A stretch of DNA of 64,000 nucleotides from Balanoglossus misakiensis (taxonomy: Eukaryota; Animalia; Hemichordata). Where the stretch lies: positions 13,031,921 to 13,095,920 of the forward strand of contig CM082581.2 of assembly GCA_040954595.2 (NCBI GenBank). The letters run 5' to 3'. The notes beneath the pieces were generated by a model that was given only the letters and a program-made list of their open reading frames with translations, was not told the origin of the DNA and made no database searches. Below, in pieces: positions 11,113 to 23,600 of the stretch. The position numbers and the translations under genes are program-made. Position 1 is the first letter of the stretch, and every line of letters starts with the position of its first letter.

Positions 11113-14100
11113 CAGAGACATCCAGTGTGTTACACTGGACCTAAAATAGCAAACACGGCAGGTATCGGGTCATCGATCTGAAGATTTTCATGGACTTTTT
11201 TTTACAAATCCAATGAGCAGAACATCTGACTTAAACTCATATCGAGCACACACGTCAAACACAGGAATGTTCAACATACGGGCATTCAGATCAGTCGTGC
11301 AAACGCCTACCCCAAAACGGGTCAAATGCCAGAACTCAAATGAATGATTCGTGTCGACTGGATGGGACTACATATATTTTCACATGGATATTTTTACGTG
11401 TTAGTCGTTACAACAAATCATTCCATGTTAATTTTACAATCAATATTTTTTCATTCACGAGAAGAACTCCAGCCAAAATGATGGATTGTTTTCTATAATA
11501 TTAACCCTTCACTATATTCACATGTTTCTGTAGCTTTGGCGATGTTTCGATCTTTATGTAGGCACAATGTTATCACAGAATATTATTAGACTTAGCTTCG
11601 TGTCCAGTTTAGTTAATTAAAGGTATTGTTGTCGATTTTGACAAAAATATTATTCTGTTTTAATGGATTTGGACACGATTCCTTGGATATTACAATTCAT
11701 CCGGACACAAACGACAAAAAGAAGGAAGATAAAAATGAGATCATACAAAGATATGTCAGAAATGTTAGATGTTACTAACGATGGGCAGGTGAACCTCCTG
11801 CAAATTGCACTGAAATAAGTCCTTTTCCAAAGTACACGTTTAACGTGAGTTGTCATGTCACGCATATTGTAATTTAGATATTGCCAATAGATCGAGTCAA
11901 TTGGCCAATGTGTGAACGATTGAATGGCAGAGTAAAAGGGCGAAAATAATTTGACCGTTCGTTGAACCGCGGATGAAAAGCTTATCTTTGTGTGAGCTGT
12001 CTACTGCCTATATTACTCTCCGTGCTGTTTTCCGGCTTGCCTCAACCCGCTCAAAAAGAATCATCGTCATCACCATGGCAATCTCTTAAAGAGCAAATCA
12101 AGTTTCTAATTCGAAAATTTCGTTCGACGAAGTGTAAATCCTGCCCAATTACTCTTTAAGCTGCTTCGTGCGATTGTTGGTGTGAAATGTACTTAAATTT
12201 ATTGGGGGTAAACCCGGACCTTCTATTCATATTCAAGTGGCAATGCATGCTAGTAGCAAGATTTGTTTTTTTTCAAATTAAGCCATATTTTCATCGGAGG
12301 CGACATGGGAACTTCCACAAACCATACATTTTCACAAAGCTAAGTAAAGGGTAATGTTCATCAATTTTGATACCTGCGCACTGTTCTTGATGATTACTGA
12401 GATTACCACAAGCAATGCAAAATTTTAGGAGAAAACACACGAAATGTTGATTCGATTAAAAATATGGACAGGTGACTGCACAGCGGACGCCGTACAGCAA
12501 TTCGTTATTGACACATTGAATTGCGAATATGGCAGTGATACGTAACATTGCTATCAGCGTAATTCGCGTTTCAGCTATCCCAATAAAGATATAACGTGAC
12601 AAAAATGTTAAAATCTGCCACAAATTACGACTATTATCCTTTTTCAGTCAAATGATCCCTCGTCGAGTGAGGAAAACGTTTCCCATTTCCGTTCCTGCCT
12701 TCTACTGTGTAGATGTGAAATTATCGTAAACAACTTGGAATGCGATTCCAATGAAGGGCGAAGAAAACATATCGGCTATTACCCAATATTCATTACTGCT
12801 GATGACGTCATCAATCCCCCCTCAATCAGTTGTAAACACTCTGCTGTTGTCCAAGATGGGCGAAATCCTGAAACCTATTGAAAACAACTATCTTCGCTGT
12901 CACGTGCAAATATTAACTGTATCATGCAATTTCGGGTTTCGAAATTAACAAGTCGCTATTTCCGTATCATTTGGCTCTCACGTTCGTTTGCCGAATGTAA
13001 GTGTTTTTCCCGATATTTTCCGTAACGAAATCGTGAGTAGTTTTGAGCTGTTTAAATATGGAACTCTAAAGAACTATAAAAAACACATCTCGCTCGTCTG
13101 ACTATGACAGATGAGGCTTGGGTGATGACACAAGTATCAATTAGCTTTTCATAACAGTGAGCACTTTTGCAGATTCCCGGCGAGAGACACTTTTTGACAG
13201 CGCTTCTCGTGGCAAATGGCAAGCTCTGCTATTGACACACAATTCCGAAGAGAAGTTTGGTGTAGTACTCTCACTGCCTCTGATCTTACCGAAATGCAAT
13301 TAGTTTTATAAATCGGGTTTTCTTTAGATGTCCGCATTTGAAAATGGACGAGAAATGAAAGAGCTATACATCTTTGCAATTTAATTATATAACTTCGGTT
13401 AAATTTGGGAAGACTGTGAACATGAAGAACAAGTGACCTTAATGAGCTAAGGGGATAGATAACAGGTTCGCGTAGGTGTTTTCTACGAAATTAAAAAAAA
13501 AAACGCGAATCTGTATGGATGGACAATTTCACGTAGTCAGCATTTTAAACATCTGGCATCAAACGTGTCGGCAGCCGCCTGTCGGGTTAAGTGACAGTGA
13601 AACTCGGTTGGAATTTAACCAGTTCGAAAAATAAATCTGCAAACATTCGCTTATCTGTATGATTGGCAACTAAGCTCTGAACTTCGGCAACTTCATCGAC
13701 CTTGTCTACTCAGGAGAGAAACATTTTGATTGGGGGATTACATCACCACCACATGCGCTAGGATTATACAAACGACAAAGTTGGGGGGGGGGGGGAGTTC
13801 TGAGACGTCGAGAATCTGTCGGGCATTCGTCTGAATGTATACGTTCTAAGCCTGTCTCGTGTTGTAGCTGGAACTTTTCCGATGACAAGTTCGTGAGAAC
13901 ACATAAAATGTGGTTATATCCCCTTCCCCTCAGGCAACGACTAACTTTCTCTTTGCGTGCCTTTTGCTCGTTAAATCATCCAGTGACGAGGTTAAAGAAC
14001 ATACGTGTATTAAGTTGACGTATCTTCCCCTCAGGCAAAGATTATCGTATCTTTAACCGTCTCATTTCGAGGACTTGGCATTGTAGACGGGAAACCGTAT

Positions 14101-16567
14101 AGTACAGAGAGGGGAACTCGCGACAGTCCGTGCAAAGAACGCGAGACACAAGAATATACGTGTATGTATACATTACATCTGCCAGTTCAGATTTGCACTA
14201 AAATCAATCTTAATTTGGACCACCGGTAGAAACCTGGGCCTCGTTAATTCAGGGATATGCCTGATGCTGGCTGTGTTAGGCATCTGGTTGATTGGCACCC
14301 GTGGATAACACCAGGATATTTGAAAGGCAGGGTAGCTAACCTTTGTAATTTGGTGACCTCAAGATAACTTCCAATTTTCTTTGCTACTCTTTGAATTCTA
14401 CCCATTTAACAATACAAATTGGAGACTTTACTTGTGCCATGCGAATAATAAACTTGAATGTGTTTTATGGTATTCGAACTCCGAACCTTCGTTGCCCATT
14501 AACCCAGCAAGATAGGCGCTCAAAAGAAATCGGTTAAATCCCCTACCCTAAAAAGATGATCCAAAATCCTAGATCTGTTGTTACAATTTGAGCGCAGCTT
14601 ATCCGTACGACCAGAATTCTATCAAACAAACACACTGGGCCAACGACCAACAAAAACCGTCACACTTGTCCATTTTTGTCAATCAGGATCAGAACTCGAC
14701 AGTGTGACACAAGGCTGTTATACTGAGCTAACGATAGCAAATAACCATTATCTCGTTTGTGTATCTGACGGTTTCTCGTTATTTTAACAAGGATTTCACT
14801 GACCCACATTTTCTGACAACTCACTGACATTCGCGAAATGTCTGTGATTCATTGCTAAATTAAACGGCAAAGATTTATAGGTGAAGACCCGACCCAGTTC
14901 ATCGGTAAAAAAGGTTGGACGCCTAATAGTATAGGTGTTATAATTTTATGGTAGGTCCCTTGGTGTTCGGTTGTCATTGGAAACGATGTACCTTTTTCAA
15001 CTACTTCAATACACCAAGGGAGATAAAAACGTATTTACAAATCTCTCGGCAAATGATAACAGATGTCCATATGATGCGTGATTTAGATTGACTCCCGGTA
15101 ATGTAATACACATCGCTCAAACAATTCCTTCGGGGGTGAGTCAATGCGCAAAATATACATTCATACTCTACATTATTACTGTAGTTTAAATACTGAATAA
15201 ATCATGTCTCCGTGTCTTGATTAATTAGCTCAAGGCACTGACGTTCGAGTCTTACTTAAAATCATCGAACCATCATGCACGTTGCAGTATGTCCTCGGTC
15301 TTACATGTATGGTGCCACTAAGCAGCTAATTATTCCGCTTTAATACTTCACTGCGCATAAGTACTCCTAGCTACGAAGGAACTTTGGTTTTATTTTAAGC
15401 GAATGATACTTGCTAAGACTTACAAAAGACGTCAGAGTGATCTCTGATGTAATTTTCCAACAGTGTGTAAACAGAATCAAAGCCTTACGCTTTGTGGGCT
15501 CACCTGTACTGACGGCTCCATTTCAGGACAACACGCTTCTCTGAGACCATCCACGATGCAGTGGCACCACACAAGTCAAGTTGTCTCCGTTTTTCCAGAA
15601 TTTGTGAGTTCTGCATGTGCAAGGAAAGAAACCGAAATTCTATCCATACTTATAGGTGCGACTGAACGACTGAAGTCTTCCTTGGAACAGAATAAACTGG
15701 AATTCCCGGTGAAAAATATCGCCGATAGTTTCTGGTCACACTGAAGTGCAAATCTTGCTCCAAGCACGCCACGGAACGGAAATCTATGAACACCTGTTAA
15801 CTTAGTAGGCTTTGTCTTTCGACCAATCAGAAAAGGAGAGTCTAAAATTCAAATTAACAAGGTGTTTTGACGAGTCATCATTATACTATGAAATAAACAT
15901 ATATCAATTAATTATTCCACTATACAGAGTGTAAGCAAAATTATTTCGTTTGTTCTTTATTCAAAATTTCAAACATTACATATAAGTTTGCTCCAGAAAT
16001 AGTATATGAACAAACAAGTAGGCAGACCATGAGATGAAACGTCAGATCATTATCATTTCTCCAATTTCTTGGGAGCACAAAGCAACTAGGTGGACTTCTC
16101 CAGCAAATGACATTGGAAGCCATCATAAAAGAGTTTCACTACTTGTCTTTCAAGCCAAAAAAATGAACAATTAATACCGTGCCAAAGCTAGGGCAAACTG
16201 CTTTAGTAATGTCACTTCCACAATCTCCTCATCAGTCTTCACAGCCGCCCAAACAAAATTGTTGTTCCATCAATTAAGAAACAGACAGATAAAATTACGT
16301 TCTTGTTAATCTTTTTATCACGCCCGCAGTGAATCTTCTAATCCAAATTTTCTGTGGCACGAAAATTCATCAAATTCGTGGAATAACACGATAAGCGACC
16401 TCGTACTCAAAGGACAACGGAAATAAGTCATACAATCGTTAAATCTCCTCGCCCCTGAGGGCAAAGTTAAATGTTCAATTCCACAAACTCTAATGTACCG
16501 CTTACCAACTTGAGAGAGCGTCTTTCACGGGAATAACTTTTTCTTATCCATGAGAGTTTTTTGTTCT

Positions 16568-16623
16568 TGAATGAATGAATGAATGAATGAATGAATGAAT
16601 GAATGAACGAATGAATGAATGAA
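16568..16623. repeat. (TGAA)n microsatellite
   Basis: Direct tandem repeat with one variant unit. Confidence 0.95.
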
Positions 16624-19600
16624 ATCGCATTTAAACAGACTAATTTTATATGGAAGCATTTCAACTATCTGAGGAAAACGTTTAGTTTGAAGATGAAATG
16701 GGTTTGACATTTACTGAACCAGTTTGTGTTGCCACTGGAGACATGATATGCGATGATGATGTGTCTAACCTCATATTTTATTCATTACCACGTGTCAACT
16801 TTGATTGAATTATTTTCTGACAGTTCCGAATAAGATTTAATCACCTGGAATATAGCTTAAACGTTGCAGTTATCAAATTCATATGATAGACTTTCATAAC
16901 ATTTAAAGCTGCTATTTCAGCTGTCAATCAGCCCCTGGCATCATCTTGCATTATGGCTAGCTTCACCAGGACAACCTCACCTCTATTCTTTTTACGAAAC
17001 TGGAAACTTACAAACTGAGTCAAGCGGATTCAGACGACAAGGAAAACCACAATATTATTGCAGATATTTATTATCTCAAATACGTTAAGTAGGAATCAAT
17101 AGTGCAGCATCAAAGTGTGGCAAGACAATATTCACCAAGAGCCTCAAAATATGGAAGACAAGTCAGTATACATAGAGAGATATAAAAATACAATTCAGCA
17201 GTTCATTTCTGAAGAGAAGCCACTTGAAAATATCTGTGATAAGATCACAACATCAGGAATTCTGCTATGAATAACACCTTAGGAATAACAAAGCACCCCA
17301 GAATAGAAAATTACTAAATTTTAAAAACTGCGCAAAATATTTGCATTTCATGTATATGTAACACTTTCACATAAAATACAGCAAGAAGAGCAATAACAGC
17401 CTATCATGTTTCAAGCCAGTTTCTATGTCAACATGACACACAAGAGTAAGGCAATTAATATACTCCTAATTGCGTGACAAAATTTCTTGAGTGGAAACTT
17501 TCATCAGGTAATTGCAACCTCAACTGACACCAATCTTTCCCTCTTTGCTGCACAAAACCATTTGATTCACAATTCTCCACAATTATTTCCGGAATTTCTT
17601 TGTTATTCAGAGCATTTTTGGTCGAAGCAGACAATATCCAACTGTAGCAATTTGTTCCCAAATTTCAGGAAGTCACATAATAATCGAATGAGAGGTAATT
17701 TAGTTTCAATTTTCCATTATCAGTGTATATCTCAGGATTCGTATTTAGTCATTAAGTGGAGTTGAGTTTGGATCCACTGGAAATCGAGCTCTTTTGAAGC
17801 ATTTCTACTGGCGTAATTGCCACCACAACATTTTGGTTCTGTCAAAGAAAAAGGAAACTGGGAACGGTGTATCAAGAGAACTTGCATTGAAAACCACGAC
17901 ACCAAAATGCATTTCTCGTTGATTTCTGTAAAAACATGCCTTACTACCATCCAATGCATTAACCCATTTTTACCCTCACACATTTGGTGGCTGCACCTAA
18001 CATTCAGTCATAAAAAAACTTCTGAGTTAAGACTTTCACCCCTTTTAGATGATTACGTGAGAAAAAAAAGATTCCTGAAGTGTTGACGGACATGTTCCCT
18101 CCCAGTCAACTCACTGAAAGCATTTGGCATTTGCGTTAAGTGACGAAAATGTTTGAGAGAAAAGTTTAATTTTATGGCACCAAGCTTCGCACGTATTAAT
18201 CTAGTTTTTGTGTGTGCATTATAAATAGTGTGACCCAGATTTTCAGAGTCAGGGGAGGGGGGTTCTTGAGTTTCATATTAAAGCTAATCAATCAGAATGA
18301 AATAACTGACTAGAAGAGAAAGGCTGGTTTTACGTCAGAAGCAAAAAATCAATTTCACTACGACAGCTTAAACCATGCAACAAACTCCTGTCACTCATGA
18401 AGGTAACTTCATATTTTTCCCTCAAAACTGATTTACTTTCATATCACAGTACTGATGAACCCTGGGGGAAGATTCAAACAAAATTATCAGTTTGCTAAGA
18501 ACTTGGAGAAGCCAACATAACAAAGCAAACAAAACACAATTGAATGGTGTCATTGCAAAATATAGGATCATGGTTACCATGGTAATGCCCAAGTTAAAAT
18601 AGCCTTATAATTGTTACGAATGATCACATAACATGTAATGTATACACATTATACACTGTATTTTGCAGCTCCGTTCTATGAATTCACATACGTCAGTCGT
18701 TCCTATGATTGTTGTGTTTGTAGACACACAGAGAAAGGGAGACATGCTCTCTCAATACACTCCAGGATCCAATAGCTCTGTTTAATAACTCCCACATACA
18801 TTTGGCACTGAAGGGACTTCATACATGTAAGTGTTGTGAAATGAACAGGTAACGATGCTAACTGGGCTATTTATAGAAGAAGACAGAGAGTCTCTCTTAA
18901 TATCCAGTGAGATTAGCCCACAGATGTAAAATCTCACTTGACTTGGGTTTGCAAGTTATTTCAGATATTTGTAGGGTAGTTACTAAGTTTCATGCAACAT
19001 CTGCTTGCACAGGTCATAGACAGGTGAATATGAGTTTCATGTGCCAGTTCTCCATGATGTAACATGGTCTCACCAGTCATTCTGAATTTCATCTTTTGAG
19101 ATCCACCCTCCAACCCCAGCCATGGCTACCAGGTTATTTAACTCATCTTACGAACGACCAGATGTGTGGCTGTTTTCTAGCTAATCACACCTAAGAGACA
19201 CGACAGAAAAACAGGTTCCACTGCAAAATTCTGCACTCCAAGTCTTCCAGCCTCAAGGGAGGAAAACACGACAGATGAAAAAAATCTCAAGTTTTTTGCT
19301 CATTTGCACAGCTCAGCTTTATGCAACACATCTAGCAAATTACCGCCTGCAGCAAAATTCAGAAATCCTGAACCCTAATGGGTTACATCAAAAGAACACA
19401 TCTTTTAGACAAATTTGACATGGCATCTCGCAAAAGAATATGTTACTGGAAGCGAGACATGTGAACCAGCAGCATAAAGTTACTACTGATGGGTTTTTGC
19501 AAGGTGCCCGCAATTTAACAAGACTTTTTCAACGTGTATTTGTAAAGGACCCCCACCCTACGTAAGCAGGATGACCTTTCCATTACGACAGCTCCTTCCT

Positions 19601-20627
19601 TTGTGTGACCGGCACATTTAGTGGAATATATTCATTTTCTTTAGAGCTGGATATGCCCAGCTGGTACGTATGGATGTGCAAGGTGGCTACAGGCCTCGTG
19701 TGAACCCGATGTTAAAATTTCCAGACTGAAATTCTTTCGATGTGACAAAGAAAGATGAAATGATTGCATGGGGGCTGTTCACATCGAACGTCATACATGT
19801 ACCATCAGAGGTTTTATAGTTATTTGACAAAACATAAAGTTAGAGGAGGAGGGGAACAAGGGACACGGTTGTGCTGTCAGAGGTTTCATCTCTGCCTTTC
19901 ACAACCATGCTGAGGTCAAAGGGTAGACAGTGATGTTAATTTGGTCAACCCACCCGAGGCATGTGATTTGAGACTCGAAAATGTAACGTAAATGTGCGCA
20001 AAACAACAGTTCATTGCACCACAATCTTTCCACAGAGAATCAGTCGACCTTGAGCCACGGAGGTAAACACTGTTATTGAGCTCTCTATCTGATCTGCCTG
20101 CAAGCACAGTGGCAAGTGTATGCATTCAGACCACATGAAATTACAATACGGTAATTTGAAGGTGATAACACTGCCCAGGTAATTCAGCAAGTACATTAAT
20201 GTCGGTAAGTATACCTTGATCAAAATCTGATAGACAAAAATGATGAAAAATACAGGTTTATATGTGAAAAGAGATGAAGAGAAAGAATTAGTGTTGAAAG
20301 GCAGCTTTGGTATGGCAAGATTTTGCAGGACCAATTTGTGTAACACCTTCTTGCAAGTATTTTATAAATACTTTAGTAATAAATAAATATATAGATCTAT
20401 ATTATCTAAAAAATATCCTGTAACAGGCTAAAACTTATCAAGTGAATTTTTACATATTTCAAAATCTGCAATTACTGTCCATGATAGTTGATTTTTGGTC
20501 TCCGTGTGGTGAAACCTTGTACATGTATTTCACTATTCCCACTGGGACAGTGATCCTACGTGTGTTGACCTGCAGAGAGAAGGAGGGCTCATTTTTAAGT
20601 ATCGCTGTATTTCAAGCACCACATTCT

Positions 20628-23600
20628 TCAGGTATCCCCGGCCATTAGTTTGTTGACACTCTCCTCCAGGTCTTGGGTTTTCCTGGCCAGCATTCTGGCC
20701 ACCATCTTCTGGTGGGCAAGGGCTTCGCATTTGTCGTTCAGCTGAAGGAAGAGAGAAGAGAGGTTACATGCCATTTGCTACAGATCCGACTAACATTTAC
20801 CCTGATGTTCTGAACTACAATGATGCAAGGGACTCGACAAATTATGAACACGTCAAATAAAAGTTAACAGATGGCAATAATATACAAGAAAGAAAAATGC
20901 CTGTAAGGTTTTAAAATATCACATCTAAACATCGAACAAACTACATCCCCAGAGAAAGGGAGATGGCAAATGGCCCGTTATTTGTCCTCAAACTTTGCAA
21001 ACTCATTACTCCACTGATTTTACTCACAAGTTCTGCCAGAGTGGTCACTGTATCAGGATCTTCCCCTTGGGCCATTTCCAGCGGAACGGAACAGTCATGG
21101 ACTAAAGTTCCGTTATCAGATCCATTAGCGGGCTTGTGATTATTCCCGGTGGCTTTTCCCTGTTTCTGATCCTCTTTGTTACCTGCGTTATTACAAAAAA
21201 TGGTGATATAAATAATTGCCATACCTCCCATTGTCACAAAATTCTTCCTAAATCATCAATTTTAAACTTATGAGCGGTAGATTATCTAGTTTTAAAAATA
21301 GAGGTGAATCAACTGTTGCTTACATGTATATGAGAGAGTGTCTAACAGTCACGATTATGCACTTGTAGGATTTCTTGGCATACAACATTAGTTATACCAT
21401 TCCCAGGTGTATGTTTTCCACCTAACAGTGTACCTAGTAGTATGCATGCCACATTTTATTCCCGATTAGGCTGATTGGTGGAGACCTTTTGAATGATATA
21501 TAGTATACCCCTGTGTTTGATTTCAGCTTTTTAGAACTAGATGCTCACACCACTTGTTTATTGGAACGAAAAGGTCCTCAATTCCCGCTGTTCTGAAGTG
21601 CCTATTAAAATACCATTTCCTAGAAGCCCCCTGTGGGGAAATGTTTGAGTGCATTAGGAGGAGCTGTGAGCTATCTGGGTAATCTCTCTCTCTCTCTCTC
21701 CCTGGCCTTGTAGAATGTCAGCCGCAGGGCTGAATTAGACGGGCTAATTTCAGCTTCAGCAGAACATCTCCGGTAGTAGATAAGCAACATATCAAAAATC
21801 ATTGATTGGGGCAATTTGAAGATTGACGTCACCAGGGCACCTTTCAAAGTACTACAATTTGGACTCAAATCCCGGCAATGCACAATCACAAAGGGAGCCA
21901 TCTGCATGCCCAATTTCCAAGAAATCGACTGAGCCACGTCTAATTTCCAAGAAATTGACCATGATGGCAATCATTACAAGGTAAAGATTTCACAGTAGAG
22001 CTGGCAATGAACACCGTTTACAGAAAGTGTCTGTAGCAGAAAATGAAAGCACAAACGCCAACGTTCATAGATATCACTGGATTAATTGCGCTGCAAATAA
22101 ACCAGTAAATCCATTTTCAGTCAACTCTGCGGAGAAACTCGAGAAATCACACAAAGTGAGTGCACTTTCTGATTGAGTGATTTTTCCACCAAATAGAATC
22201 ACGTCACCAAATCGCAGGAGAGTATGGATTTAACCGCCTTCCTTGTTCAAGGGAATGGTGAATAAACTAATGAAGTTGAAGGTTTATTCTGTCCACAGAA
22301 GCAACAATTTGACAGAAATGAGCAGAGTAAATGGAGCAGATCATCTTTAGCTGCCCACATATACCAGCTACACCTCAGGATATTTGGAACTCTCTACCTT
22401 TGAATATAAAAACCTCTCCCAAATGTCAACACTTTCAAAAGATGATTAAAAGATCTTACATCCTTCTGAAAACATTTCCACAACTGAAAACTCAAGAAGT
22501 TTAGTTTTCTTTAGGTCTAGAACCAAAACACACGAGCAGTCCTAGATCTTTTGTGTGTGCATTGAACGGACGGATGTCTCTATCAGCCTTTGCAGCCAGA
22601 GAATGGTGTTGTAAAAGTAGAAGGAATTACATCACCTACATTGTATATTTGTCACTGGTGTCATTAAAAACGGATATCAGAAAGCAGCTTGTCCCTCTGC
22701 GGTATAGGTGCATTCTAGTGATAATACGATAAACCATCTTATCGGCACTGATGACGTAGATATTTTATCCACTTGGCCATTTAATCAGCAAGTTTTAGTC
22801 TACACTTTTAGCTATTACAGTAATCTGTTTGGTACCTTTTAATGGGGACAGAGCAGCCCATATATTAATTCTGTCTGCCTGCAATGTAATAGCAGACAGC
22901 TTGGTTGTGTTACTGTACAGAAATACCTTGGCCAGCTGATTACCTGTGACTTGTTTTGGTTGAAAGAAACATCACTTAATACTAACCATTTCCATTTCTG
23001 AGTTGCTCCAGTCTGTCCATGAACCCAAGTCCTTTTTTCTTTGCCTTTGTAGTTTTCTGTTTTCTCTGCAGCCATTCAGCGAGTCGCCGGTTTAGAGTTT
23101 TATTCCTGGCGAGCTGTTCTTCAAAACCTATCCTGTAGGCGTCAGCCAAGACTTGACTATCTTTCACAGATTTCTTCATCTTTTCAACCTAGATTTTAAT
23201 CCCCACAGACACACACACAAAGATAAATGCATATCAGTATTTCTGTGTATAATCCCAAGCTACAGGGTAAACTTGCATGTATTTTTCTCTCCCTGATCAC
23301 ACGGCATTGAAGAAAGCAATACTTGGAAATTGAATCCATTGGCAAATATTTCACCATCTATGTTTATTTCCAGGAATGGACCCTCCAAGGATGAGCTGTA
23401 CCACAGATATCATGTTGTACAGTAGTACAATGAACTTGCTGTTGCCAAAGCTACTCTTTCTTATCTTTTTGGGGCACACCACCTCACATTGCTTTTAAAT
23501 ACGGCCACATCCAATAGCCAAAGACAGTTTAAAACCTAGAAACCCCAATAGAATACACTAGATACACTACATCTGCAAATGAAAGTGGGCTTTGATCTTG

